Numbered from the stretch's first letter, positions 53,563-63,643 are shown. The stretch: DNA of 64,000 bases from Bacillota bacterium (GCA_012518675.1 JAAYRR010000052.1:8214-72213); one strand, 5' to 3'. Made by a program: numbers and translations. Notes: a model not told the origin generated them from the letters alone.

Positions 53563-54098
53563 ACCCCTTACATATTTTTAACACCTTTTCCACCTGGGTT
53601 GTCCCTTGCCTAATTTTATCAGCGCTGCTTTATGCCTACTTTCGCGGGGTCAGGGTATTCGAAACCTTTGTTGAAGGTGCCAAGGAAGGTTTTGGCATGT
53701 CTGTCCGGTTAATCCCTTTTCTGGTGGGAATGATGGTGGCAATTGGATTGTTTCGGGACAGCGGTGCCTTAGAACTGCTTATTTCGGTTTTCACGCCTGT
53801 TTTACGATTTACCGGTATTCCTGTAGAGGTACTTCCTCTGGCCTTTATGCGTCCCTTGTCCGGCAGCGGGGCTTTGGCAATCGCGGCGGAAATGATGAAC
53901 ACCCACGGGGCTGACTCCCTTTTGGGGAGGATGGCCGCCACGATGCAGGGCAGTACAGATACAACCCTTTATGTTCTAACGGTATATTTTGGTGCAGTAG
54001 GCATCCAAAAACCGCGCCATGCATTGGCCGCCGGTTTGTTGGGCGACATAGCAGGCCTGTTGGCTGCTATTTTTATTTGCCAGTTGGTTTTTAAATAA
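53559..54098 (+). CDS. spmB: Spore maturation protein B
   Basis: Paralogous membrane protein overlapping spmA by 4 nt. Confidence 0.85.
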   Translation: MNPLHIFNTFSTWVVPCLILSALLYAYFRGVRVFETFVEGAKEGFGMSVRLIPFLVGMMVAIGLFRDSGALELLISVFTPVLRFTGIPVEVLPLAFMRPLSGSGALAIAAEMMNTHGADSLLGRMAATMQGSTDTTLYVLTVYFGAVGIQKPRHALAAGLLGDIAGLLAAIFICQLVFK

Positions 54099-54120
54099 CA
54101 GATGTATTATAATCAGGGAA

Positions 54121-54858
54121 ATGAACACTTTAATCAGACTACAAAAATATTTAGCTTCTGCGGGCCTGGCCTCCCGGCGTGGTGCAGAAAAACTTATTGC
54201 TGCCGGCAGGGTAAAGATTAATGGCGCAACAGTGACAAAGGCCGGCACAAAAGTTAATCCCCGGCGGGACAAGGTTGAAGTGGACGGCTTACCCGTAAAA
54301 CCTGCCGGGGAAAAGAAATATTATCTGCTTTATAAACCAGCCGGCTTTCTGACAACCGTAAAAGATCCGTTTGGAAGACCTACGGTAATGGACCTGCTGC
54401 CCCGGAAAATTAAAAAAGGCCTTTTCCCGGTGGGCAGGTTGGATAAGGATACCACCGGCCTGCTTTTGCTGACCAATGATGGCGAAATGGCCTTCCGCTT
54501 GACCCACCCCCGTTTTGAAATAAAAAAGGAATATCTTGTTCTGGTCCGGGGAGTGCCCACAGCAGATGACCTGCAAAAAATTTCCAGAGGGATCCTCTTG
54601 GAAGATGGGAAAACCGCCCCGGCAAAGGCCAAAATTGTTACTGTCCAACAGGGCAAGGCTTCTCTTTTACTGACACTGCATGAAGGTAAAAAAAGACAGA
54701 TTAAACGTATGTGTTCAGCCCTGGGCTACCCTGCCCTGTCCTTAAAAAGGGTATCCTTGGCTTTTCTTACCCTGCAGGGCCTGCAGCCCGCTGCCTACAG
54801 GGTTTTAACAACTGCAGAAATCCGCAAACTTTCCTTTTTGGCAGGCCTAAAAGAATAG
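54121..54858 (+). CDS. rluB: 23S rRNA pseudouridine synthase (RsuA/RluB family)
   Basis: S4 domain (RLQKYLASAGLASRRGAEKLI) and catalytic VGRLDKDTTGLLLLTNDG. Confidence 0.9.
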   Translation: MNTLIRLQKYLASAGLASRRGAEKLIAAGRVKINGATVTKAGTKVNPRRDKVEVDGLPVKPAGEKKYYLLYKPAGFLTTVKDPFGRPTVMDLLPRKIKKGLFPVGRLDKDTTGLLLLTNDGEMAFRLTHPRFEIKKEYLVLVRGVPTADDLQKISRGILLEDGKTAPAKAKIVTVQQGKASLLLTLHEGKKRQIKRMCSALGYPALSLKRVSLAFLTLQGLQPAAYRVLTTAEIRKLSFLAGLKE

Positions 54859-55004
54859 CAACGGGGAATGGGTTGGCAGCGCCGGCCACAGGATAAAAAA
54901 ATACCCGGCCCAACAGTGTTTTTTTACAGGGCCATTCGTTATAAAAGCTGCTGGATATCCGTGCTGTATTCACTTTTGCTAAAGGAGGGTTTAAATTATT
55001 AACT

Positions 55005-55622
55005 ATGAAAAAAATATATTTAATTCGCCATGGGGAAACAGACTGGAACCGGCAGATGCGTTTCCAGGGCCGGAAGGATATTCCTTTAAATGAAAACGGG
55101 AAAAATCAGGCCCGCTTGCTTTCTAATTATTTGAGCAGCGAAAACTTTGCAGCAATTTCTGCCAGTCCCTTGTCCCGGGCCTGGGAAACAGCAAAAATTA
55201 TTGCCGGCAAACACAATTTAACCCCTAAAGCTGCAGAAGGACTAATGGAAATGCATTTTGGAAACTGGGAAGGAAAAATTTATAAGGAAATGAATGAAAC
55301 GGACCGACGGGTAATGGAAAAATGGTTTTCGGACCCTGTTTCAAATCATATCCCAGGGGGAGAATCCTTAAAGGAGTTTCAAAAGAGAATACAGCACCAT
55401 TACGATCTGTTATTGGACAACTATCCGGCTGGAAACTTAGCTGTGATCACTCATGGAGGCGCAATTAAAATTGTTGTTGCCGGCATTTTGGAAATACCTT
55501 TATCCAAAATTTCAAGATTAAGACTGGTGACGGCCTCCCTGACCGTAATACTGTATGACAGTTGGGGAAATCCTTATTTGGAACTGTTTAACGGTACCGG
55601 CCACCTGCAATTAAATCATTAG
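55005..55622 (+). CDS. Histidine phosphatase family protein (phosphoglycerate-mutase-like; possibly alpha-ribazole phosphatase)
   Basis: RHGETDWN catalytic motif and a later ITHGG histidine. Confidence 0.8.
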   Translation: MKKIYLIRHGETDWNRQMRFQGRKDIPLNENGKNQARLLSNYLSSENFAAISASPLSRAWETAKIIAGKHNLTPKAAEGLMEMHFGNWEGKIYKEMNETDRRVMEKWFSDPVSNHIPGGESLKEFQKRIQHHYDLLLDNYPAGNLAVITHGGAIKIVVAGILEIPLSKISRLRLVTASLTVILYDSWGNPYLELFNGTGHLQLNH

Positions 55623-55801
55623 GTTGCTTCTTCCTGCAGAAGTGTGTTTACTGCCGGTCATAACTATTTTTATAAAAAAGCAGGAAATAATGTTGTTTTA
55701 GCGAATTAAATTAGCAATAATAGGCAAAATAACCGTATCGCCGCTCCTTTATAAGAACAAGAATGTTGCTTTATGTAGATATTTTGGGGGAGGAGTTAAC
55801 A

Positions 55802-56296
55802 ATGCTCAGGCCTGAAATTGATTCTCGTGAAAAAGAAACAGAAAAAAAGATAGAAAAAGAAAAAAAGGAATCTCACCCAAATACTAAACTTCGGTTTAAG
55901 GTGCGCTTTGATTATAAAGGAAAACCAAGGCCGGCGCGCTTCTTTTTCGGCGGTAAAAAAACAGAAGATGTTGCCCAGGAATTCAGGGAACAACAGGTTG
56001 CCAGATGGCGAAACATTCCCCTTCAGGGTATTACTGTAGAAAATATTGATCCCGGGGAAATATATAATGTTTATGATGAAGAATACGATGAAGATATCGC
56101 TTATGCCCCTTTGGAACTGCTGGTTACTGCAGATACATTGGAAGATCTGCTGCGTTTTATTTTTCGGGAAGAATTCAGGCGCATTGAGCTGCTGGAACCG
56201 GGCAGTATTCTGCTTAGCAAAAAAGAAATTGAAAGACTGCTTTTCAGGGTAAATGAATTTCTCCAAACCAAACTTTTATTGCTTACAAGAGAATAA
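55802..56296 (+). CDS. Hypothetical protein (Lys/Glu-rich N-terminus; no recognised domain)
   Basis: ATG 55802 lies 6 nt after GGGGGAGGAG. 164 aa. The track start at 55763 is upstream of the RBS. Confidence 0.5.
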   Translation: MLRPEIDSREKETEKKIEKEKKESHPNTKLRFKVRFDYKGKPRPARFFFGGKKTEDVAQEFREQQVARWRNIPLQGITVENIDPGEIYNVYDEEYDEDIAYAPLELLVTADTLEDLLRFIFREEFRRIELLEPGSILLSKKEIERLLFRVNEFLQTKLLLLTRE

Positions 56297-56324
56297 ACTA
56301 TAAAATTAGACCCAAAAAGCATTA

Positions 56325-56362
56325 AAAACCCTCTTTTGCATAAAATTATAGCAAAGGGGGCT
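56325..56362 (+). terminator. Probable intrinsic terminator (CCCTCTTTTGC-loop-GCAAAGGGGG + T6)
   Basis: Imperfect 10-bp stem followed by cttttttat, just before the next ATG. Confidence 0.4.
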
Positions 56363-56367
56363 TTTTT

Positions 56368-56886
56368 ATGGATTTTGATAAATGGCTGCAGCGTTTTGTA
56401 ACCGGCACAGAAAAGTTTATTTTCAGAATAGCCCTGTCTTTTGTGGTTTTGCTTTTTGTTGTCCAGGCCATGCTTTTAAATAGTGATCTGCGTACATTGC
56501 TTAGTAAAACCGATCAACTTGAAGGTCAACCGCTGGCAGAAGCCCAGGATGTCATTGGCAGAAAAATGGCTGTCGGGATCCCGCCTTACAGCCACGAACA
56601 GGTAGAAGAAATTGTCCTGGAATTGGCGCTGTTGCCACCCCCGGGTGTGTCCCCGGAACTGTCTTTACTTTTAAATAACGAGATTGTAGGTTCCTTCAGG
56701 GAGGGGCACAACCTAAAAATTTGTGTGCAGCCCGGCGACCTGCTGGAGGTGCTGGGGGAGGTAAGCGGGGACGTTCCTGCAACTATCAAGGTGGTTGCGG
56801 TCAATGGCGATTTGGAGGCCCCCAAGAAAGGGTTTGAGATTAAAACCTTTGGAGAAAGAGAGCTTTTAGCCTGGATTATACCTTAA
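56368..56886 (+). CDS. Hypothetical membrane-anchored protein (172 aa, N-terminal TM)
   Basis: TM segment IFRIALSFVVLLFVVQAMLL followed by a soluble domain. No recognised family. Confidence 0.5.
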   Translation: MDFDKWLQRFVTGTEKFIFRIALSFVVLLFVVQAMLLNSDLRTLLSKTDQLEGQPLAEAQDVIGRKMAVGIPPYSHEQVEEIVLELALLPPPGVSPELSLLLNNEIVGSFREGHNLKICVQPGDLLEVLGEVSGDVPATIKVVAVNGDLEAPKKGFEIKTFGERELLAWIIP

Positions 56887-56910
56887 ATCCAAAAATATTT
56901 GATCTTAGGG

Positions 56911-56939
56911 TTGTCAAAAGATAGGCAATAGTATATTAT
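56911..56939 (+). promoter_or_regulatory. Sigma-A promoter TTGTCA - 17 nt - TATTAT upstream of the small ORF and cmk
   Basis: -35 at 56911-56916 and -10 at 56934-56939. Confidence 0.5.
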
Positions 56940-56974
56940 GCTTACAGAAGGGTTTTTTCTGGGGTGGTAAAAAG

Positions 56975-57187
56975 GTGTACGGTGGAAGGTTGAAAGCTAT
57001 TAAGGCGGCAGTTGTTTTATTTTTAAGCAGGAAAGAATATTTGGCCCTGAAAAAAGTGCGTACCAAGTTGGGTAAGCTTTGTGTTTACAAAGGGATAAAA
57101 TACATTTCAGAGCATATATACCGGCCGGATTCTTCTCTGGTGACACATTTACAGGCTGAATGTCCAGGGATGTATCCGGCATATTAA
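56975..57187 (+). CDS. Small hypothetical ORF (70 aa, basic)
   Basis: GTG start downstream of GGGGTGG. No recognised domain; it may instead be part of the cmk leader. Confidence 0.25.
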   Translation: MYGGRLKAIKAAVVLFLSRKEYLALKKVRTKLGKLCVYKGIKYISEHIYRPDSSLVTHLQAECPGMYPAY

Positions 57188-57244
57188 TTTTAAGAGAAAC
57201 AGGGGCTAAAAACGTAATTTTTGGATTTTGGGGTGGGTATTTGT

Positions 57245-57919
57245 ATGCAGATTGCCATTGATGGCCCTGCGGGAGCCGGTAAAAGCAGTGTAGCCAAGGA
57301 AGTAGCACGCCGGTTGGGCCTAAAATGCCTGGATACCGGTGCCATGTACCGGGCCCTTACTTTCAAGGCTTTAAACGAAGGCCTTGATCTTTCTGATAAT
57401 TTTCTTTTAGGTGAACTGACACGCCACTGTCAACTTGAAATTAAATTTGATAAAAATATGAACACCCTGATCCTTTTGGATGGTGAAGATATAACGGAAA
57501 AAATCCGTAGCCCGGAGGTAAATAAACATGTTTCTTTGATAGCACGTTCACCGGATTTAAGAAAGGAACTTGTTTACCTGCAAAGAAAAATTGCAGAAAA
57601 AAGCAACGGTATTGTCATGGAAGGCAGGGATATCGGTACAAATGTTTTAATTAATGCCGATCATAAATTTTTTTTGGATGCCGGTTTGGAAGAACGTACC
57701 CACAGGCGCTGGCTTGAAATGCAGGAAAAGGGCCTGGAAGTCGATCCGGACAGCCTTTTAAAGGAAATTACCGCCAGGGATCGCATCGACTCGGAAAGAA
57801 AAGAAGCGCCGTTAAAAATTGCACCTGAAGCCAGGGTAATTGATACCACTTGCTACAACCTGGAAGAGGTTGTTGAAAAGGTAATTGGTTTTATTAAGCA
57901 TACGGAAAGCAGGGGCTAG
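57245..57919 (+). CDS. cmk: Cytidylate kinase
   Basis: P-loop IAIDGPAGAGKSSVAK; RBS GGGGTGGG precedes ATG 57245. Confidence 0.95.
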   Translation: MQIAIDGPAGAGKSSVAKEVARRLGLKCLDTGAMYRALTFKALNEGLDLSDNFLLGELTRHCQLEIKFDKNMNTLILLDGEDITEKIRSPEVNKHVSLIARSPDLRKELVYLQRKIAEKSNGIVMEGRDIGTNVLINADHKFFLDAGLEERTHRRWLEMQEKGLEVDPDSLLKEITARDRIDSERKEAPLKIAPEARVIDTTCYNLEEVVEKVIGFIKHTESRG

Positions 57920-57924
57920 CCGGC

Positions 57925-58500
57925 ATGTTCTATTACTTGATCCGCAATTCATTTGCATATTTTTTCAAGGTTTTTTATTTATTGAATTTTGACGGCCTGG
58001 AAAACCTGCCTCTTCAGGGGCCTTATATTATTTGTGCAAATCATACCAGTTGGTTCGACCCCCCCCTGGTGGGCAGCCTGCCTTTAAAAGAACGAAAAAT
58101 TTATTTTATGGCTAAGGAAGAACTTTTTAAAATTTTTCCGCTGGGCTTTATACTTAAAAAACTGGAGGCTTTTCCTGTAAAAAGAAATATTGCAGATCGA
58201 AAGGCTATCAGGCGGGCCCTGCAAGTTCTTTCTGCAGGAGGAATCCTAGGGCTTTTCCCGGAAGGAACAAGAATGCGAACTGGGGAGCTGGGCAAACCGC
58301 ATCACGGTGCAGCGTTAATTGCCTTAAAGAGCAAAAAACCTGTTTTGCCCATCGCAATCAAATGGCCCCCCCGCATTTTCCAACCGGTTAAAATAAATAT
58401 TGGGCCTTTGATATATTTTGAAGAAGGGGGTAAAATAAAGGGAGAAGTTTTAGAAAAAATTAGTTTACAGATCATGGCAGAAATAAAGAAGCTATTGTAA
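57925..58500 (+). CDS. plsC: 1-acyl-sn-glycerol-3-phosphate acyltransferase
   Basis: HxxxxD (ANHTSWFD) and FPEGTR motifs. Confidence 0.9.
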   Translation: MFYYLIRNSFAYFFKVFYLLNFDGLENLPLQGPYIICANHTSWFDPPLVGSLPLKERKIYFMAKEELFKIFPLGFILKKLEAFPVKRNIADRKAIRRALQVLSAGGILGLFPEGTRMRTGELGKPHHGAALIALKSKKPVLPIAIKWPPRIFQPVKINIGPLIYFEEGGKIKGEVLEKISLQIMAEIKKLL

Positions 58501-58517
58501 AATGGGGGCATGTTTTT

Positions 58518-60599
58518 TTGCAGGTTTTTTTGGCCGAATATGCTGGCTTTTGTCGGGGAGTTAAAAACGCTCTGGAACTTACACTCAGAGAAGTGTCGCG
58601 GGGGAAAAAGGTTTATACCCTTGGGCCCTTGGTACACAATAAACAGGTAATTCAATATTTGGCTGCCAAGGGAGTCCAGCTTGTAACCTCTGTTCAGGAA
58701 CTAGTAAATGAAGTTGCTTCAGAAATCACTGTAATCATTCGGGCACATGGGATTTCACCTGTTCTCTATCAGGACCTGCAGGCAGACAAAAGGATTACAA
58801 TTGTCGATGCTACTTGTCCTTTTGTTAAAAGGTTACAGAAAATTGCCCACCAGTATGGTCAAAAAGGTTATAATATTATTATTTTTGGAAATCGCTATCA
58901 TCCTGAAGTACAAGCTTTGCTGGGGTGGGCCGGAGAAAATACTACAGTTATAGATCCACAGCAAAATGATGCGTTGGCAGAAATGCCCTTATCCTCCAAA
59001 ACAATTTTAATTTCGCAAACCACCCAAAGAGAAGACTGCTTTTGGTCTTTAGTTAAAAAACTGAAAGTTATTAATCCTGAATTAGAAGTGCGCAATACCA
59101 TCTGTAAAGCTACCATGTTCAGGCAGGGTGCTGCTGCCAAGCTGGCTGCTACGGTCGACTTAATGTTTGTTGTGGGTGATCCCCAAAGTGCCAATACACA
59201 CAAATTGACCCAGGTCTGCCGTGAAGTAGTAAAAACTTACCAAATTGCTGAGGCCTGGGAAATTCCCGGGGAGTCTCTGGCAGGGGTAGAAAGGGTGGGG
59301 GTAACTGCCGGGGCTTCAACCCCCCCCTGGACGATAAAGGAGGTTATGGTGAAGATGGAAAACGGTAAATTGGATAATTTAGAAGATACCAGGACAGAAG
59401 ACACCAGTACAGAAGAGGGCTTTTCCTTCCAGGAGATCAGGGATTACCGGCCTGGGGATGCCGTCAAAGGCAAGGTTGTTCTGGTGGAGGAAGAGCAAGT
59501 ATTGGTTGACATAGGTTACAAATCAGAGGCTATACTTCCCCGTAATGAAATTATTTTAGAAGAAGAGCCTTCCTTAAAAGATAAATTTGCAGTGGGGGAC
59601 GAAATCGATCTGCTAGTACTCAGGGTTAACCAGCAAGAAGATAAAATTATTGTTTCCCAGAAACGACTGGAACGGGAAAGACGTTGGAAGGAAATAGAGG
59701 AATCTGCTGAAACAGGCACAACAATGCAGGGTATTGTAAAAGAGGTTGTACCTGCCGGCATTATTGTTGACCTCGACAGCGGAATCGAAGCTTTCATGCC
59801 CGGTTCGTTGGTGGATGTCCGTTATATTCCCGATTTTACACAGTTTATGGGACAGGAATTTTCCTTTAAAGTTATAGAGCTGAACCGGGAAAGAGACAAA
59901 ATTATTCTTTCCAGAAAACTGCTCCTGGAGGAAGAAGCAGAAAAACAAAAAAAAGAGGTTTTGGCAAGCTTAAAAGAGGATGAAATTATTAAAGGCATTG
60001 TAAAAAGGCTAACGGATTTCGGTGCCTTTGTTGATGTCGGCGGTATAGACGGGCTAGTGCACATTTCCGAGGTTTCCTGGCAAAGGGTCGGGCACCCTCA
60101 AGAAGTTTTAAAGGTAGGAGAAGAAGTTAACGTCAAGGTCCTGGAGGTTATTCCGGAAAGAGAACGCATCAGTTTAAGCATCAGGCGGACCCAGTTGGAT
60201 CCCTGGACCAGAATTAACAAGGAATTCACTGTAGGGGAGATCATTACCGGCCGGGTTACCAGAATTGTTAATTTTGGTGCTTTTGTGGAATTAATACCCG
60301 GTGCGGAAGGACTGGTGCATATTTCCCAGATGGCTGATTTCCATGTTAACCACCCCTCGGAAATTATCCGTGAAGGGGAGGACGTGGAAGCCAAGATTTT
60401 AGACATCAACGTGGACAATAAAAGGATTAGCCTGAGTATGAAAAAAGCACGCCCGGCTTCACGAAACTTCCTGCAGTCTTCCTCCCAAGAAAGCGAAAGT
60501 CAAAATGTAACCCTGGGAGATGTTTTTGGCGATCTGTTTAACAACAGCCGTACAGCCAAGGAAGAAGAAGTAGAAGAAAACGAAAACGAAAACGAATAA
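58518..60599 (+). CDS. ispH: Bifunctional 4-hydroxy-3-methylbut-2-enyl diphosphate reductase (IspH/LytB) fused to ribosomal-protein-S1-like domains (4 S1 repeats)
   Basis: N-terminal IspH sequence, including the three cluster-ligating Cys regions. It is followed by four S1 domains (…GKVVLVEEEQVLVDIGYKSEAILP…; …GIVKEVVPAGIIVDLD…; …GIVKRLTDFGAFVDVGG…; …GRVTRIVNFGAFVELIPG…) and an acidic tail. Confidence 0.9.
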   Translation: MQVFLAEYAGFCRGVKNALELTLREVSRGKKVYTLGPLVHNKQVIQYLAAKGVQLVTSVQELVNEVASEITVIIRAHGISPVLYQDLQADKRITIVDATCPFVKRLQKIAHQYGQKGYNIIIFGNRYHPEVQALLGWAGENTTVIDPQQNDALAEMPLSSKTILISQTTQREDCFWSLVKKLKVINPELEVRNTICKATMFRQGAAAKLAATVDLMFVVGDPQSANTHKLTQVCREVVKTYQIAEAWEIPGESLAGVERVGVTAGASTPPWTIKEVMVKMENGKLDNLEDTRTEDTSTEEGFSFQEIRDYRPGDAVKGKVVLVEEEQVLVDIGYKSEAILPRNEIILEEEPSLKDKFAVGDEIDLLVLRVNQQEDKIIVSQKRLERERRWKEIEESAETGTTMQGIVKEVVPAGIIVDLDSGIEAFMPGSLVDVRYIPDFTQFMGQEFSFKVIELNRERDKIILSRKLLLEEEAEKQKKEVLASLKEDEIIKGIVKRLTDFGAFVDVGGIDGLVHISEVSWQRVGHPQEVLKVGEEVNVKVLEVIPERERISLSIRRTQLDPWTRINKEFTVGEIITGRVTRIVNFGAFVELIPGAEGLVHISQMADFHVNHPSEIIREGEDVEAKILDINVDNKRISLSMKKARPASRNFLQSSSQESESQNVTLGDVFGDLFNNSRTAKEEEVEENENENE

Positions 60600-60626
60600 A
60601 AAAGATATTATAAATTAATACCTTAA

Positions 60627-60678
60627 AATCACCTGGCCACCCGGTTAAAAATGGGCAACCAGGTGATTTATTATTTTT
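60627..60678 (+). terminator. Intrinsic terminator (AATCACCTGG - 22-nt loop - CCAGGTGATT + T-rich tail)
   Basis: Perfect 10-bp stem 28 nt after the ispH-rpsA stop. Confidence 0.6.
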
Positions 60679-60777
60679 CTGCCGGACAGTCCGGCCGTCC
60701 ATACAGAATAATTATTCAGGCTGGGGTTATTCTAGGGGGGTAAAACAATATTTTATCCAAAGGAAGGGATAGGGGTT

Positions 60778-61473
60778 TTGATTGCAGGTCAGGTAATTTT
60801 GTTGGCAGTAGCTGTCATGGTTTATTTTGGTTTTGCGCACCGGGTTCTGGATAGGTTGCGTTTAAGCGATCGGGCTGCTTTATTGTTTTTGGCCGCGATG
60901 ATCGCCGGTGGATTTTTGCCTGATATTCAGTTGGGCAGCAGTCTCAGCATTAATATCGGCGGAGGGGTTATCCCGCTCATATTGGTCGGCTATTTATGGA
61001 GCAAAGCTGAAAAACATGAGATCAGCCGCTCAGTTATTGCTGTAGTAATCACGGCTGCCGTCGTTTATGCAGCCCTAAAGATCATGCCTATAGAACCCAC
61101 CCATAACTTTTTTTTAGATCCGCTTTATTTCGTTGCCTTGCTGGCCGGCCTGGTGGCTTATTTAGCCGGACGCAGTAGAAGAAGTGCTTTTATTGCCGGC
61201 ACACTTGCCATCTTCTTCAATGATCTTTTAGCCCGCATAGAAAACATTATGGCCGGCATCACAACACCAATTGCTATTGGTGGTGCCGGTGTCTTTGATG
61301 CAATAGTAATTGCCGGGTTTATAGCGCTTGGTTTTGCAGAATTAACCGGTGAGACCCTGGAAAGGATTAGTTTGGAAGCGCAGGGGAAAAAGGGAAACGG
61401 TAAAATAGATAGCCCGGGCACAGAAGACAACCCGGTTAAAACAGAAAATGAACCCGGTGAAGGAGATGCATAA
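60778..61473 (+). CDS. DUF1614 family membrane protein
   Basis: Polytopic membrane protein with a TTG start. The sequence pattern (…FLPDIQLGSSLSINIGGGVIP…) is typical of DUF1614. Confidence 0.6.
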   Translation: MIAGQVILLAVAVMVYFGFAHRVLDRLRLSDRAALLFLAAMIAGGFLPDIQLGSSLSINIGGGVIPLILVGYLWSKAEKHEISRSVIAVVITAAVVYAALKIMPIEPTHNFFLDPLYFVALLAGLVAYLAGRSRRSAFIAGTLAIFFNDLLARIENIMAGITTPIAIGGAGVFDAIVIAGFIALGFAELTGETLERISLEAQGKKGNGKIDSPGTEDNPVKTENEPGEGDA

Positions 61474-61477
61474 ATTC

Positions 61478-62695
61478 ATGTCCAAAAAAAATTTCCCAAG
61501 GATTTTGATCACCTTTTTATTTTTCTGCTTGATACTTTTAAACCCGGTACTGTTCAATGCCCTTCCAACAAAAGCCCAAAATACACCGGATTTCCTTGCA
61601 CTCCAGGAAATGGACGAACGAGGCGATGGGTTTTTTTTCATGAAGGATCTGGAAAGCAAAGATACCATCATGAAAACAGCACGGCTTATTCGCCCCGGTA
61701 ATGAATATATTACCGGTGAAAACGAACTGTTTTGTGTGGAAAAGGTTGAAGGTGACATAGCCTGGGCTCGTTCTAAAGGTAAAATTAAACTTTTTGAAGG
61801 AAATATAGCAACCATTTCGCAAGACAACAGCTCTTTAGAAAAAACTGTTTTTCAGAAGAAACGCCCGGAAAACAAACCGGAAAACAATGTGCCCCGCATG
61901 GGAGTGTATCACTCTCACGGTGCAGAATCCTATGTGCCTTCGGATGGTGAGGAAAGCACCTTGGAAGGTGGCGGTATCCTGCAGGTGGGGCATGCTTTTG
62001 TGGAAGCCCTACGAGAAAAAGGGTTGGAGGTTAACTATTCTTCACATACACATGTACCCCATGATGCCGGGGCCTATAATCGTTCCCGCAGAACAGCAGA
62101 ACAGCTTTTACATCAGGGGGTGGGAGCCCTTTTTGATGTTCATCGCGATGCAGTTCCAGCAGAAGAATATACCGCTGAAGTAGAGGACACACCAACAGTA
62201 CAGGTCCAAATAGTCGTCGGGCAGCAAAACCAGAATATCCAAAGTAACAGACACTTTGCCGAAGGCCTTAAAAAGGTTGCAGACAAGGTTCACCCCGGCT
62301 TGGTAAAGGGTATTTTCATGGCCAGCGGCAATTATAATCAGGATATTTTGCCCCTGTCCCTTTTGTTTGAGGTCGGAACCCATGAAAATACCCGGGAAGG
62401 TGCAGCCCGATCAATGGGACTTTTCAGCGATGTCATAGAAGTATATTTTATGGGGGAACCCGGTAAGCAGGCCCGTGAAGGCCTGGGCGGCACAGCGTTA
62501 AAAAGTATCCTCTGGATAATTTTTATTGCAGGCTTGGCCTTAGGTGGTTATTTATTGATTGGAACAGGAAGCATAGAAGAATTACGTGCCAAACTGCGCC
62601 ATTTCTTTAGCAGGGAGTTTGCAGAGTTCAAAGACAAAAGAAATGGTGACAGGGGAGACGGTGATCACAGTGGAAATGACGGGGGTACTGCCTAA
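61478..62695 (+). CDS. spoIIP: Stage II sporulation protein P (engulfment peptidoglycan hydrolase)
   Basis: Signal anchor, then the SpoIIP signature VYHSHGAESYVP and ...FDVHRDAV... ATG 61478 immediately follows the upstream stop. Confidence 0.85.
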   Translation: MSKKNFPRILITFLFFCLILLNPVLFNALPTKAQNTPDFLALQEMDERGDGFFFMKDLESKDTIMKTARLIRPGNEYITGENELFCVEKVEGDIAWARSKGKIKLFEGNIATISQDNSSLEKTVFQKKRPENKPENNVPRMGVYHSHGAESYVPSDGEESTLEGGGILQVGHAFVEALREKGLEVNYSSHTHVPHDAGAYNRSRRTAEQLLHQGVGALFDVHRDAVPAEEYTAEVEDTPTVQVQIVVGQQNQNIQSNRHFAEGLKKVADKVHPGLVKGIFMASGNYNQDILPLSLLFEVGTHENTREGAARSMGLFSDVIEVYFMGEPGKQAREGLGGTALKSILWIIFIAGLALGGYLLIGTGSIEELRAKLRHFFSREFAEFKDKRNGDRGDGDHSGNDGGTA

Positions 62696-62740
62696 ACAAG
62701 ATATAATCTGTCTTAGAACAGTAGCTGACAGGGTGGTCAA

Positions 62741-63643
62741 ATGAACGTACCGGGCGCCCCTTTTGCACAGGCAATGTTTAACGGCGTTACTGTGGGGGTT
62801 TTAATTCGTTTTTTTATGTTAAAAAGAGATTACCGCCAGTATCCCAGTTATCCCCATGGCGTGTTAACCCACCTGGCCTTAGCTTTTATTGCAGCGGTCA
62901 TCGGTTCCATTGCCATACCCGCCCTGATGGAAAAGGAATTTACAGCAGTTACGTTTTTGGCCTTGGCGGCAACACAGTTCCGGGAGGTACGCAGTATGGA
63001 AAGAGAGATGCTGCAAAACCTGGATCGGACAGGACTGATTTCCCGGGGTGCTGATTACATTGAGGGCATTGCCAGGGTTTTTGAGGCACGAAACTACATA
63101 GTAATGTTCGCCTCCTTATTGGTTGGTGGCGCAACCTATTGGGGTAACATTTTTTATGGCCTGTTGGTCGGCCTGGCAGCTTTTTTTACCTCTAACAAGC
63201 TAATGGGGGGCAAAATAATCGGGCAGATTGCCAATGTGCGTGCAGCTACAATACACTTTGCAGGACCAAACCTTTTCGTAGAAAACCTTCATCTTATGAA
63301 TTTGGGAACAGAAGATGTTAGGAAAACTTACCTCCAAAGAGCCTTGGGTGTTATTATTGAACCGCGGGATGATGATGCCCGGGCCACCCTTGCCAACAAC
63401 GGCCAACGCATGGCTATTGCCCATGATGCCGCTATGCTGCTCGGTATTCATAAGGACATGGATACCGGTGAATTTGCGCCGGTTGTCCGCAGGGATCTGG
63501 ATACAGGCAGGGTGGGCCTGGTTATTGTTCCCATGGAAAAAGACATTCACCTTTTATTGGAGGCCATCAAAAGAGTCCCTGTTTTGGAAAGTGCATCTGT
63601 TACCCCTTTAAGCACCCGTATCGGAAAAAAGGCATCTGACTGA
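62741..63643 (+). CDS. YIEGIA family protein
   Basis: Contains the eponymous motif (…GADYIEGIARVF…). Multi-TM N-terminal half. Confidence 0.8.
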   Translation: MNVPGAPFAQAMFNGVTVGVLIRFFMLKRDYRQYPSYPHGVLTHLALAFIAAVIGSIAIPALMEKEFTAVTFLALAATQFREVRSMEREMLQNLDRTGLISRGADYIEGIARVFEARNYIVMFASLLVGGATYWGNIFYGLLVGLAAFFTSNKLMGGKIIGQIANVRAATIHFAGPNLFVENLHLMNLGTEDVRKTYLQRALGVIIEPRDDDARATLANNGQRMAIAHDAAMLLGIHKDMDTGEFAPVVRRDLDTGRVGLVIVPMEKDIHLLLEAIKRVPVLESASVTPLSTRIGKKASD

